Assembly (NCBI GenBank): GCA_002717515.1
Contig: PBEC01000017.1
Location: 9,159-73,158, forward strand
Origin: Flavobacteriales bacterium
Lineage (GTDB): Bacteria; Bacteroidota; Bacteroidia; Flavobacteriales_C; GCA-002722245
Direction of reading: 5' to 3'
Length of the DNA stretch: 64,000 nucleotides
Shown one piece after another: positions 10,476 through 20,847 of this stretch (its first letter is position 1; each line of letters starts with the position of its first letter). Made by a program: the position numbers and the translations under genes. Under the pieces are notes generated by a model that was not told the DNA's origin, ran no database searches, and saw only the letters and a list, made by a program, of their open reading frames with translations.

Positions 10476-11840
10476 ATGCAAGACAAACCCACATTTTCTG
10501 AAAAAGCAAGCAATTGGCTTAAAAATTCCCTTACAATACGATTATTTACCATCGGAATATTAATTTTATTACTACTCATACCGGTTTCCATGGTTGAAAG
10601 TTTAATCCGGGAACGCCAATACAGGCAAAAGGAATCAACTCGAGAAGTAAGCTCTAAATGGGGTGAAAGTCAAACGATTATAGGTTTGGTATTAACTGTA
10701 CCTTACAATACTTACAATAAGGTGTATGATTCTGAAAACAAGAAATATAAACTTATTAAATCCAGAGAGTATGCGCATTTTCTTCCCGATCAATTAAACA
10801 TATCGGGAGAAGTAAATCCAGAAGTGAGATACAGAGGTATCTATGAGATAATCGTTTACAATAGCAAACTGAACTTAACAGGAAATTTTTCACATCCTAA
10901 TTTTAAAGAATGGAACATCACTGAGGAAAACATTCTTTGGAATGAGGCTTTCGTTTCTTTAGGACTTTCTGATTTAAGAGGACTTCAAAATAAAGTCTCA
11001 TTGAATTGGAATGGAGAAAACTTTGACTTCAACCCTGGTATTGAATCCAATGACGTAATTAACAATGGTATCAGCTGTCGTGTACCCGTTAAAACGGAAA
11101 AATCTAAAGGACTTACTAAAAACTTCAGCTTGGAATTAAACTTTAATGGAAGCTCCGATTTAAACTTTACACCCATTGGAAAGTCAACCAATATCAAATT
11201 AACATCACCTTGGAAAAGTCCAAGTTTCAATGGTGCGTTTTTACCCGATAATAGAAATATACATAACAAAGGATTTGATGCAGAATGGGATGTTTTACAT
11301 CTAAATCGGTCCTATCCTCAAAGTTTTAGAGGAACAACTCGAGGGATTCACCAATCATCTTTTGGTGTAAATTTAATTGTTCCTGTTGATGAATATCAAA
11401 AAAGTATGCGCTCAGCCAAATATGCGGTTATGTTCATTACTTTAACCTTTTTACTGTTCTTCTTTGTCCAGGTTTTAAATCATATAAGAATACATCCCAT
11501 ACAGTATATTATTGTTGGTTTAGCTCTCTGTGTTTTTTATACATTGTTGGTAGCATTATCCGAACACATACCTTTTAAATTCAGTTATTTGATTTCAGGT
11601 ATCAGCATCGTTTCCATGATTACTCTTTATGCAAACAGTATTGCAAAAAACAGAAGATTAACAGCATTAATTGGTTTAATACTTGTTCTCTTATACCTAT
11701 TCATTTACTCAATTATTCAAATGCAAGACTATGCTCTACTTATGGGAAGTGTAGGACTATTTTTGGTTTTAGCAACCATTATGTATCTGTCAAGAAAAAT
11801 TGATTGGTATACCATTTCTCCCAACAAAAATAAAAGCTAG
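10476..11840 (+). CDS. creD: Cell envelope integrity inner-membrane protein CreD
   Basis: The length and topology match CreD: an N-terminal TM, a large periplasmic domain and a C-terminal multi-TM bundle. Blocks conserved with E. coli CreD include LSEHI, YLLVGLSL...FY, and NIDWY near the C-terminus. Confidence 0.8.
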   Translation: MQDKPTFSEKASNWLKNSLTIRLFTIGILILLLLIPVSMVESLIRERQYRQKESTREVSSKWGESQTIIGLVLTVPYNTYNKVYDSENKKYKLIKSREYAHFLPDQLNISGEVNPEVRYRGIYEIIVYNSKLNLTGNFSHPNFKEWNITEENILWNEAFVSLGLSDLRGLQNKVSLNWNGENFDFNPGIESNDVINNGISCRVPVKTEKSKGLTKNFSLELNFNGSSDLNFTPIGKSTNIKLTSPWKSPSFNGAFLPDNRNIHNKGFDAEWDVLHLNRSYPQSFRGTTRGIHQSSFGVNLIVPVDEYQKSMRSAKYAVMFITLTFLLFFFVQVLNHIRIHPIQYIIVGLALCVFYTLLVALSEHIPFKFSYLISGISIVSMITLYANSIAKNRRLTALIGLILVLLYLFIYSIIQMQDYALLMGSVGLFLVLATIMYLSRKIDWYTISPNKNKS

Positions 11841-11865
11841 TTTTTATTGAATAATGTTATTAAAT

Positions 11866-11898
11866 AAATAGAGCATCTCAAATCAGGGTGCTCTATTT
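11866..11898 (+). terminator. Rho-independent terminator after creD
   Basis: Inverted repeat aatagagcatc..n9..ggtgctctatt followed by a T-rich run (tcatttt). Confidence 0.5.
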
Positions 11899-12120
11899 CA
11901 TTTTAAGTAAAATTGTCTCGTCCAAAAATTATTTTGCAACTTAGAAATGCAACACTCTCTTAAAATAACTGTGAAAACGCTGATGCCTTTTACCACATTT
12001 TAAATTCAAAACAACAACATCAAAATGACAAAAAGATTATTCTCGTAAGAACTATTAAAATATTAGAATTAAAATTTATTTTTGGGGCAAATTAGAATGT
12101 TAAGTACGTAAAAATAAGAA

Positions 12121-12765
12121 ATGAAAAAATTAGAAATCATTTTTGGTTCATTACTAGTCATAAGCTTCATTTTAAGATTAATGCTTATACCTGGAGGAAC
12201 ATTTTTAAGTGTTGTTATACTCTCACTTTTATCATTGCTATATCTGATTTTCAGTTTTATAATTTTTAATCCTGTAAAATCTGATAATTTATTAAAACAA
12301 GAGTCCTACAGTAATATTGGTAGGTTCAAAATAATTAATTCTGTTGTATTTGGTTTAGGGCTTTCGATTTTATGTATCGGTATTCTATATAAGCTGCAGG
12401 GTTGGCCCGGACCAAATAATACAATAACCATAGGTTTATCTTTAATAATGATTTCATCTTTATTTGCTTTTGTAAAACATCTTAAATCAAAGGATAGTTA
12501 TTTTTCCGGTTTGTTGATACGAGTTTTTATTTTTGGATTATTGGGAGTTGTTTTTATGTCTGTAAGTTCAATGGACATCTTTAGATTCGAATACCGAAGT
12601 CATCCAGAATATATACAAGCTTTTGAAAACTATCTTAGTGATCCAAATAATGAAACCTTGAGAGAAAAAATGGAATACGAATATAAAAGAACTTACATGT
12701 CGGAAGAGGAGATTGAATTTTATCTGGAATTTGAAAAAGACGAGAATCAATTTTACAATCCTTAA
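12121..12765 (+). CDS. Hypothetical polytopic membrane protein (WPG-motif family) with an acidic cytoplasmic tail
   Basis: There are 5-6 hydrophobic helices. The motif ILYKLQGWPGPNNTITIGL parallels 732..1124. Confidence 0.35.
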   Translation: MKKLEIIFGSLLVISFILRLMLIPGGTFLSVVILSLLSLLYLIFSFIIFNPVKSDNLLKQESYSNIGRFKIINSVVFGLGLSILCIGILYKLQGWPGPNNTITIGLSLIMISSLFAFVKHLKSKDSYFSGLLIRVFIFGLLGVVFMSVSSMDIFRFEYRSHPEYIQAFENYLSDPNNETLREKMEYEYKRTYMSEEEIEFYLEFEKDENQFYNP

Positions 12766-12977
12766 AAAAATTCAGGCATTAATTTAATACTGAGATTTGT
12801 TCATAATCGAATCTTATTTTTCTATCCTAGTTTAGTAGAAATTCATAATTAAAGCATTTGTTAATTTAAGCTTTTTAAATTTCGGTTTTACCTTCTTAAA
12901 AGGCTTGTCTTGCATAGAAATATTTCCGAATTTACAGATGAAATACTTTTCATTATTTAGTCAAATAATATCGAGAT

Positions 12978-13673
12978 ATGAAACTATACTTGTTAACCTC
13001 TTCTATCCTACTGCTCACAATAGTAAATAATGAATTAAAAGGCCAAACAATATGGAATGGACCTTCATATGAGTTTAAAAAAAATGACTTCGCAGATCCA
13101 GGCGATAAAATAAATCAAGACTCCTTATCCCCAAGCGTTGCAATAACAAGAGGTAACAATGGTGAAATTTATAATGCTTTCTCCGAAACAGAAGCCGATA
13201 AAGGGATAAGTCCCTTGGGAACTGAGTGGGCAGTTGGCGAAATAAACAATATTGAAAACTTAACATTTACCTCCTTTAGAACAGCAGTTGTTAAGCCTAA
13301 ATTTTCTGTCGGACAAAAACTTGTTTGTCACATTATTAACGAAGATATTTATTTATCGGTTGAATTTACAACTTGGACTCAAGGTAGTTCAGGCGGCGGT
13401 TTTACCTATACTCGCTCAACTGAGCTCTCTACCAATACAAACAGTGATTTATCCCATGAAAAAATAACAGTTTACCCAAATCCATCGACACATTTTTTAA
13501 CAATTATGGGTATTACTCAACCTCAGCACTTTCAAGTATATGATCTTGTAGGCTCGGAAATAATAAAAGGAGAACTTTCAAATAATCAGAAATTAGATAT
13601 TTCACATCTAAACAGTGGAATGTACTTAATGAAATTTGAGGACGGAAGTACTGTTAGATTTTTGAAAAAATAA
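12978..13673 (+). CDS. Secreted protein with a T9SS (Por) C-terminal sorting domain
   Basis: Signal peptide. The C-terminus ITVYPNPSTHFLTIMGI...VYDLVGSEI...LDISHLNSGMYLMKFEDGSTVRFLKK is a classic TIGR04183-type CTD. Confidence 0.6.
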   Translation: MKLYLLTSSILLLTIVNNELKGQTIWNGPSYEFKKNDFADPGDKINQDSLSPSVAITRGNNGEIYNAFSETEADKGISPLGTEWAVGEINNIENLTFTSFRTAVVKPKFSVGQKLVCHIINEDIYLSVEFTTWTQGSSGGGFTYTRSTELSTNTNSDLSHEKITVYPNPSTHFLTIMGITQPQHFQVYDLVGSEIIKGELSNNQKLDISHLNSGMYLMKFEDGSTVRFLKK

Positions 13674-13704
13674 TGGCTTTTTATTTAAGCAGCGAAGCTT
13701 ATGC

Positions 13705-14328
13705 TTACCCCAATTTATGAATCCCACATTCTCTGGACTGCAATGCTTTAACAGGATCGAAATAATCTAAATTTTTAGGAAGATTGTTTTTTTCTAAATA
13801 ATCGTCAAGTTCCTTATCACTCCAATAGTAGAAAGGGCTGACTTTTAATATCCCATCATTACTATAACTCAGGATATCCTGAGAGTCTCTAAATTCCGTT
13901 TGACGCGTTCGGATATTTGTAAACCAAACTTCAGGTTTGTGCTCATCAAGAGCTCTTCTAAAAGGCTCAAGCTTAACCAACTCAGTAAATTCCTCATGTT
14001 TTGGATCATCAACAGTCGGCAAACCTAGTGTTACATCAATATAACCACGAGTTTGTTTCGGTGTGTATATATTGATATTTAATTCAAAATCTTCAATTAA
14101 GCTTTTTGCATGCTTGTATGTTTGAAAATTATTGTATCCTGTATCGCACCATAATACGTTAATGTTTTTATCTCTATTCGAAATAGAACTCAATAATACG
14201 GCAGAATATGTACCAAAGCTAGTCGTAACAACTTTTTTATCAGACAAAGTCAACGCCCATTCTATAATTTCAATAGGCGACTTTTTTCTTAAACGCTTGT
14301 TTTCAGCTTCAATATCAATTTTTACCAT
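13705..14328 (-). CDS. cysH: Phosphoadenosine-phosphosulfate (PAPS) reductase, thioredoxin-dependent CysH type
   Basis: PP-loop ATP-pyrophosphatase fold. C-terminal ECGIH motif with no Fe-S Cys cluster. The start is placed at the internal Met (MVKIDIEAEN...), since the longer ORF adds an unlikely N-terminus. Confidence 0.75.
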   Translation of the reverse strand: MVKIDIEAENKRLRKKSPIEIIEWALTLSDKKVVTTSFGTYSAVLLSSISNRDKNINVLWCDTGYNNFQTYKHAKSLIEDFELNINIYTPKQTRGYIDVTLGLPTVDDPKHEEFTELVKLEPFRRALDEHKPEVWFTNIRTRQTEFRDSQDILSYSNDGILKVSPFYYWSDKELDDYLEKNNLPKNLDYFDPVKALQSRECGIHKLG

Positions 14329-14495
14329 AACCTGTTGCAATGTGCTATAATCCTCAATAAAATAGGTGCACAAATTTAAGATATTTAAATGTTGTAAACA
14401 ATTCTTGATGGCATGACAAAACAACAACTTAAATATTTAACCAGATATGGTAAGAAATTAATGCATAAAAATTAAAAACAAGTTATATTTGCAAA

Positions 14496-17225
14496 ATGTT
14501 TCACTTTTTCAAGAAAATAGCCCTGATTCCACTTTTCCTTTGTTCCATTCAACTGTTGGCACAAAATCCGAGCTCTGTCTTAAGAAACAACATAAATAAA
14601 AAGTTCTTGGAGCACCTTGTAAAAAAAGGAATTGATCAAGTAAGGCATGAGCACAAATTAAATGGTTTGGTAAACGATTCTATCTTATACCTTGCTGCCG
14701 ATTTTCATGCAAAATATCTTCAGGACATAAAAAGGTTAAGCCATACGGAAAACAGCGACTCAATGAAAACCCCTCAAAATAGAGCTGAATATTTCGGTGC
14801 CGTTAATTACAGTGTTGGAGAAAACATACTATTTATTCCGTATGGAGTATTCATAAAACCCAAAAAAGGAAAGCCATACAAAATTGAAACATACCAGGAT
14901 GCAGCCGACGCCATGGTGCAGGGCTGGGTGAATTCACCCAAACATTATCAAAATATAATTACTCCCAATTTTGAAATAACGGGAGTATCCATATCCATTG
15001 ACTACAGTAAAAATCGAATTTATGCTGTTCAAAAATTTGCAGAAGTTTTTTTTAAGTATGAATTTGAGGAAAACAAAGACTTTTTTAAGTACTCCGATTT
15101 TAAAGTTCCTGATCCGATTAATTCACACGAAGATATAGATTGGGGAGAGCATTCAAAAAAATACCCATACAAAATCAAGCCTTTAAAAAAGGATAAAAAC
15201 TACGAGAACGATATTGCAAAACTCAAAAAATCGATTGGTTTTCAGCGCATTAGAGTTGAGAAAAATTCGATTTATCTGGAAATGGATTTAAATGCTGCAG
15301 GTCTTCTTGAGTTTATTGAAAAAGATAAGGACGGTTTAGCTATTGAATATATTAATTACATGCCTTTTGACTGTGGAAATGAGGAATATTATACCCTACC
15401 TTCTCGAAGAAACGGAAAACACCAATTATCCGATACTCTTCTTATCCCGGTATACCGAAAGGATTTAATTAAGGGTTTTAAGCCAAAACGAAAATCAACG
15501 AAATTCAGAATTTTGAAAGAAATCAAAAAAAAGGATAAGGAAAGAAAACTGTTCAAAAAAATTATCGATGGATATAGAATGCCCTACTATCCTGATCGTT
15601 TCAGATATAGAATAGCAAAAATACCCAAAAAGGTAAAAAGCGGTTTTTATGAGATGAATCTCGTGTACATCAAAAACAAACAAATATATTACATACAGCA
15701 TTTTTCAGGAGTTTGTGGCGAATTCCATCAGGAATTCAATGAGCTTGAATACATTTCCGATTTTGGAGAAAAAGAATACGTTCCTATTCCTCAAAATAGA
15801 GACTTGAATTTTGCTTTTAGATTTAAAAAAGGAAAAACCAATTACAGCTACAAAGACTTAAAACCCGCTCTTGACTCTTTAACAAACGATGAATTCATTG
15901 TACTCTCTGCGGATATTGATGCATTCTCATCCGTTGAAGGATCTAACAAAATAAATTCAGAAATTCAGAAAAAGAGAGCAGAGTCAATTGTTAAGGCTTT
16001 GGAAAGTAAACAATCAAAGAAAATTCAATACAAAATAGAAACGCATTCAAACTGGGAGCTTTTTAAAACACAAATTGATTCCTTTGAAGCACTATCGCAT
16101 CTCAAGGATTTAGACTCTGTAGCATTAGCAAGTAAATTAAAAGATCCTAAATTCACAAAACCACTTGAGCGCTACTTATCCAAACAAAGAACAGCTAAGG
16201 TTTATATAAAAACATTATATGACCTGAACGACCGAACACTCTCAAAGTTTTTAAGGAATCAATACGTTTTTCACCAAAATCGACTTTCAGAAAACAGCAA
16301 AAAACTGGAAGAAAACATAATGCTTGAATTTGAAAATGAAGACTTAAAAAATGAAATAAAGAGTAAAATAAATTCCGATTTAGATACACTAAAAAGCATT
16401 TTGCTTTTTACCTTCAACAAAATCAAAGAAGGAAAACTGGATACAAATATAATTTGTGAATTGGATTATCTTGGAATTGACTGGACTTCCCCTCTTTTTC
16501 TGAATCATTTTTTTATGGAGGATTATTTTAAAATTCCAACAAAAAAAAGAAGGTTCAATATTCAAGAACTCAGTGTTTTTGCAGACCTTGACAATTTTTA
16601 CCCCAAAGGTGCATACAATTATTTAAGGTATGTTATTAAAGAATGGGATGGCGAAAAAGAGTTAAGCGGTTTTAAAACTGAGGAAATTCAATATCTTTTA
16701 GAGGAAATTGGTAGAACGCATCGAAGTTTATCCTCTGATTTAGAGAAACTGAAAATTAATTTTTGGTTTAAAGCTGCAGAGTATCACTTCAAAAAAAAGG
16801 AAGTCAACAAAAAAAACGAATATCTTTTAAGAATATTCCTACACTACAAGGACAAAAATCTGGATGAACTTTACGCGCTTAAACTCGCTAAATTTTTTGT
16901 TCACTTTGAAAATTTCAGTCATGCAGTTTCAATAATTGAAAAATTTCACGATACAACGACCAATCAAGAAGTTATAGCATACATCTATAAATTGAAATAC
17001 TACAACAACATTGAATACAATAAAAATGAATTTGCCGAAAGTTGCATTAAAATAAGGGAAAGATTAACCAAAGAAAACTGGTGCAAAATGTTTGTTGGTT
17101 CCTGCAACATAAGCTTTCAGGTCTTTGACCATGAAAAACTTAGAAACTTTTATTGTTCTGAATGTTCTGAATACAAAAATGAAATCCAAAGCCTTTTATC
17201 TAAGAAAATTATTTCTTCCAAATAA
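14496..17225 (+). CDS. Large secreted multidomain protein with an N-terminal CAP/SCP (PR-1-like) domain
   Basis: Signal peptide. ..GENILFIPYG...AMVQGWVNSPKHYQNIITPNFEITGVSI resembles the CAP GH(Y/F)TQ(V/I)VW block. There is a short OmpA-like stretch (NSEIQKKRAESIVKAL). The rest is Lys/Glu-rich with no known motif. Confidence 0.45.
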   Translation: MFHFFKKIALIPLFLCSIQLLAQNPSSVLRNNINKKFLEHLVKKGIDQVRHEHKLNGLVNDSILYLAADFHAKYLQDIKRLSHTENSDSMKTPQNRAEYFGAVNYSVGENILFIPYGVFIKPKKGKPYKIETYQDAADAMVQGWVNSPKHYQNIITPNFEITGVSISIDYSKNRIYAVQKFAEVFFKYEFEENKDFFKYSDFKVPDPINSHEDIDWGEHSKKYPYKIKPLKKDKNYENDIAKLKKSIGFQRIRVEKNSIYLEMDLNAAGLLEFIEKDKDGLAIEYINYMPFDCGNEEYYTLPSRRNGKHQLSDTLLIPVYRKDLIKGFKPKRKSTKFRILKEIKKKDKERKLFKKIIDGYRMPYYPDRFRYRIAKIPKKVKSGFYEMNLVYIKNKQIYYIQHFSGVCGEFHQEFNELEYISDFGEKEYVPIPQNRDLNFAFRFKKGKTNYSYKDLKPALDSLTNDEFIVLSADIDAFSSVEGSNKINSEIQKKRAESIVKALESKQSKKIQYKIETHSNWELFKTQIDSFEALSHLKDLDSVALASKLKDPKFTKPLERYLSKQRTAKVYIKTLYDLNDRTLSKFLRNQYVFHQNRLSENSKKLEENIMLEFENEDLKNEIKSKINSDLDTLKSILLFTFNKIKEGKLDTNIICELDYLGIDWTSPLFLNHFFMEDYFKIPTKKRRFNIQELSVFADLDNFYPKGAYNYLRYVIKEWDGEKELSGFKTEEIQYLLEEIGRTHRSLSSDLEKLKINFWFKAAEYHFKKKEVNKKNEYLLRIFLHYKDKNLDELYALKLAKFFVHFENFSHAVSIIEKFHDTTTNQEVIAYIYKLKYYNNIEYNKNEFAESCIKIRERLTKENWCKMFVGSCNISFQVFDHEKLRNFYCSECSEYKNEIQSLLSKKIISSK

Positions 17226-17442
17226 CTTATACCCTTTGATTTTCGCTTTGTGTGTTTTTGAAAATTTCACTCATTATAAACAATAAAAAATATGGAAAAA
17301 TCATAAAAGAAAACTCTGTAAATGGGGCGATAAACTTAAAGATTCAGCTGAAAAAATAACAAATAAATACTAGTTTGCCTTACTCCGAAGTCTTTCTTTT
17401 TGTAAATTAAGTTCTTAGTTAAAGCTTTGTTTCACTAACATT

Positions 17443-18861
17443 ATGAAGATTCTTTTAACGGGAGCCACAGGTTACATTGGGAAGCGAATACTTCCAATTT
17501 TAGTTCAAAAAGGACACCATGTTGTTTGCTGTGTTCGCGACACAACGCGATTCAACCCTCCTGATTCTTTGAAAGAAAACATTACTGTAATTGAGGCCGA
17601 TTTATTGGATGAAAATTCACTTACGATTATTCCCTCTGATATTGATATTGCCTACTATTTGGTACATTCTATGACTTCATCTGAAAACTACAAGTTGCTG
17701 GAAAAGAAATCTGCTCAAAACTTTAGAGTAAAACTTTCAGAAACAAAAGTCAAGCATGTAATTTACCTTAGTGGAATTACAAACGAAAAGAATTTATCAA
17801 AACATTTACTCTCAAGAAAAGAAGTTGAAACTGAACTTTCAAAAGGAAGTTATAATTTAACCACATTTAGAGCTGGAATTATTGTTGGATCTGGAAGTGC
17901 TTCCTTTGAAATTATAAGGGACTTGGTTGAAAAGCTTCCTGTTATGATTACTCCAAAATGGTTACTCACAAAATGTCAACCGATTGGTGTTAGTGATGTT
18001 TTAAAATTTTTAACGAATGCAATTTTAAAGGAGGAAATTTATAATAAAAACTATGACATTGGCTCCGATGATGTGTTAACTTATAAGGAGATGCTTTTAC
18101 AATTTGCTGAAATTAGAAATTTAAATAGAAGGATTTGGACAGTTCCACTCATGACACCAAAGCTTTCCTCCTACTGGTTGTATTTTGTTACATCTACCTC
18201 ATACAAATTAGCTCGCTCACTTGTTGAAAGTATGAAAGTTGAAGTTGTTTGCCGAAATAATGAAATAAATAAAATTCTTAATATTCAACCCATATCATAC
18301 AAAGAGGCTCTTTTAAAAGCTTTTCAAAAAATTCAAAACAACCTAATCGTTTCCAGCTGGAAGGACTCTTACTCAAGCAGCGAAAGTAATTTTAATATTT
18401 CTGAATTCATAAATGTACCTAAATACGGATGCTTCATTGATAAAAGAATTATGGCTGTTGAAAACTCCAAACTAACTACTGAAAAAATTTGGAGCATTGG
18501 TGGAATGAATGGCTGGTACTATGGAAATTGGCTCTGGAGGATTCGAGGTTTCATCGACAAAATTTTCGGAGGTGTTGGATTGAGAAGAGGAAGAACCAAT
18601 AAATCAATAATTTCAGTTGGGGATTCTTTGGATTTTTGGAGAGTCCTCTATGCAAACAAGCGAGAACCCAGACTTTTATTGTTTGCTGAAATGAAACTCC
18701 CAGGTGAAGCTTGGTTGGAATTTAAAATAGTAGATAATAAATTAATACAAACAGCTACTTTTCGGCCTGTTGGATTGGGAGGAAGACTCTATTGGCTTTT
18801 AGTTTATCCTTTCCACGGTGTGATTTTTCAGGGTTTAATTAAAAAACTTTCAATTCAATAA
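17443..18861 (+). CDS. NAD(P)-binding SDR/NmrA-like protein with a C-terminal DUF2867 domain
   Basis: Rossmann motif LLTGATGYIGKRIL at the N-terminus. The C-terminal block (WRVLYANKREPRLLLFAEMKLPGEAWLEF) is characteristic of DUF2867. Confidence 0.6.
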   Translation: MKILLTGATGYIGKRILPILVQKGHHVVCCVRDTTRFNPPDSLKENITVIEADLLDENSLTIIPSDIDIAYYLVHSMTSSENYKLLEKKSAQNFRVKLSETKVKHVIYLSGITNEKNLSKHLLSRKEVETELSKGSYNLTTFRAGIIVGSGSASFEIIRDLVEKLPVMITPKWLLTKCQPIGVSDVLKFLTNAILKEEIYNKNYDIGSDDVLTYKEMLLQFAEIRNLNRRIWTVPLMTPKLSSYWLYFVTSTSYKLARSLVESMKVEVVCRNNEINKILNIQPISYKEALLKAFQKIQNNLIVSSWKDSYSSSESNFNISEFINVPKYGCFIDKRIMAVENSKLTTEKIWSIGGMNGWYYGNWLWRIRGFIDKIFGGVGLRRGRTNKSIISVGDSLDFWRVLYANKREPRLLLFAEMKLPGEAWLEFKIVDNKLIQTATFRPVGLGGRLYWLLVYPFHGVIFQGLIKKLSIQ

Positions 18862-19044
18862 AAAAGTTAAAAGAAACGCTTTTTTATCATTTGAAGTTTA
18901 ACACGTTTTTAGAATTAGAATTTAACTTGAACAGTCCAATAATTTAACTTTCACAATTTAATTTATTTTAACAAAAATATGTATGGATTTTTAAGCTTTC
19001 TATCAAAAGGTGATTATCTTACTGTCCCCTTGAAATAAGAAGGA

Positions 19045-20847
19045 ATGGTAGCGGAAGTAAAAACATCAATACACTCAAATCGAATTGCAGATTTAGATGC
19101 AAAAATCGTTTCTCTGAACGAAAAAAGAAACAATTTTACTGTTGCTCGATTAACAACCCTGATTGTTGGCTTTATCGGTTGTTTTTTAACTTGGGATTTA
19201 AGTATTTACTATGTTATAGGAGTTATTAATCTTGTAATTATAGCTTTCGTCACTGTGTCTTATTCAGAGACTAAAATCAACAACAAAATAACTTTTTTAA
19301 AAAAGAGAAAAGAAGTATTTGAATTAGAAAATCAATTACACAATAGAAATTTTGATGGACTTGACGAGGGGAAGGAGTTTATTATACCGCTGCATAATTT
19401 TTCTCACGATTTAGATATTTTTGGATACAAATCCATATTTCAGCTTTTAAACAGAACCAGTACTCACAAAGGGAAGCAAATTCTTGGTAAGTGGCTGAAT
19501 AATCCTCTCATAAAACCCGATAAAATAAAAAACAAACAAGAAGCTATAAAAGAACTTGCATCAAAAGATGAGTGGTGTTACAAGTTTCTTGCTTTTGGGA
19601 GATCTAGTAACGATAAATCTGAAACTCAGGAAACAATAAATAAATGGCTGAATGAAAAAGACTTATGCAGCACACCTTTTCTCCGGGTGATAGGAATTTT
19701 ACTTCCATTGATTACAATTGCATTAGGAGTTGGTTTTTTACTTGGACTTTTTGGAAAAAGCTACTTCATTTATGCCTTTCTTATACAGTTAGGGATTTCA
19801 GGAAAATTTGCTGGAAAAATCACAAAAGTTCAAAGTCGACTTGGCAGTAGGTTTGCAATAATAGAAAACTATATAAAAATTGTAAGAAGTATAGAAAATG
19901 AGGATTTTCAGTCCAATTATTTATTAACCCTTAAAAGAATTTTTGTCGACAAGGAGAAGAATTTCTCCGTGACTCAAACTTTAAATCACTTAAAAAAATT
20001 ATTGGATAAACTCGATGCCCGACTGAATATTTATTTGGCCATTCTCCTAAACGGTCTCCTTTTATGGGACATTAACACAACAGCACAAATTGAAAATTGG
20101 AAAAGAAAAAATAAAGAGAATTTAATAAAGTGGATGAATGCTGTTGGTGAGATTGATGCCTTAGTAAGTTTAGCTTTATTTGCTGCCAATCATAGAAATT
20201 ATGTCTATCCTCAGGTTACCTTGGAAAAAAGAGTATTGCATCTTGAAAATGCAGGGCACCCCTTAATTGAAGAAGAAAAATTAATTAAAAACGACTATTA
20301 TCAAGATGGTGAGGCAAAAGTTGATTTGCTTACCGGGGCTAATATGGCTGGAAAAAGCACTTTTTTAAGGACTGTTGGAGTGAATTTAATTCTCGCAAGA
20401 ATAGGTGCTCCAGTTTGTGCAAATAAATTTATTTTTTCTCCATTAAAGCTTTTCAGCAGTTTAAGAACAGTTGATTCATTAAAAGACAACGAATCCTTTT
20501 TTTATGCCGAACTGAAGCGTTTGAAACAATTAATCGAGCTTTATTTATCTGGAGAGGAAATCTTTTTTTTACTTGATGAAATTTTAAAGGGTACCAACTC
20601 AGCTGATCAGCATAAAGGCTCAATTGGGCTAATCAAAAAACTCATAAAGTTAAAAGGCAATGGAATTATTGCAACACATGATATTAAACTTTCCGACCTG
20701 GTGAACGATTACCCCAAAAACATCAGAAACCTTTGTTTTGAAATTGAAATTCTCGAAAATCAACTTGATTTCGACTATAAACTAAAACCTGGATTTTGCA
20801 CCACTATGAATGCAAGCTTTTTAATGGAAAACATGGGTATTATTTAA
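19045..20847 (+). CDS. Membrane-anchored MutS-related ATPase (MutS domain V only)
   Basis: Walker A GANMAGKSTFLRTVGVNLILARIG and MutS ABC-ATPase signatures (FLLDEILKGTNSAD; ATHD). Two N-terminal TM helices plus internal hydrophobic segments. No mismatch-binding or Smr domain. Confidence 0.65.
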   Translation: MVAEVKTSIHSNRIADLDAKIVSLNEKRNNFTVARLTTLIVGFIGCFLTWDLSIYYVIGVINLVIIAFVTVSYSETKINNKITFLKKRKEVFELENQLHNRNFDGLDEGKEFIIPLHNFSHDLDIFGYKSIFQLLNRTSTHKGKQILGKWLNNPLIKPDKIKNKQEAIKELASKDEWCYKFLAFGRSSNDKSETQETINKWLNEKDLCSTPFLRVIGILLPLITIALGVGFLLGLFGKSYFIYAFLIQLGISGKFAGKITKVQSRLGSRFAIIENYIKIVRSIENEDFQSNYLLTLKRIFVDKEKNFSVTQTLNHLKKLLDKLDARLNIYLAILLNGLLLWDINTTAQIENWKRKNKENLIKWMNAVGEIDALVSLALFAANHRNYVYPQVTLEKRVLHLENAGHPLIEEEKLIKNDYYQDGEAKVDLLTGANMAGKSTFLRTVGVNLILARIGAPVCANKFIFSPLKLFSSLRTVDSLKDNESFFYAELKRLKQLIELYLSGEEIFFLLDEILKGTNSADQHKGSIGLIKKLIKLKGNGIIATHDIKLSDLVNDYPKNIRNLCFEIEILENQLDFDYKLKPGFCTTMNASFLMENMGII

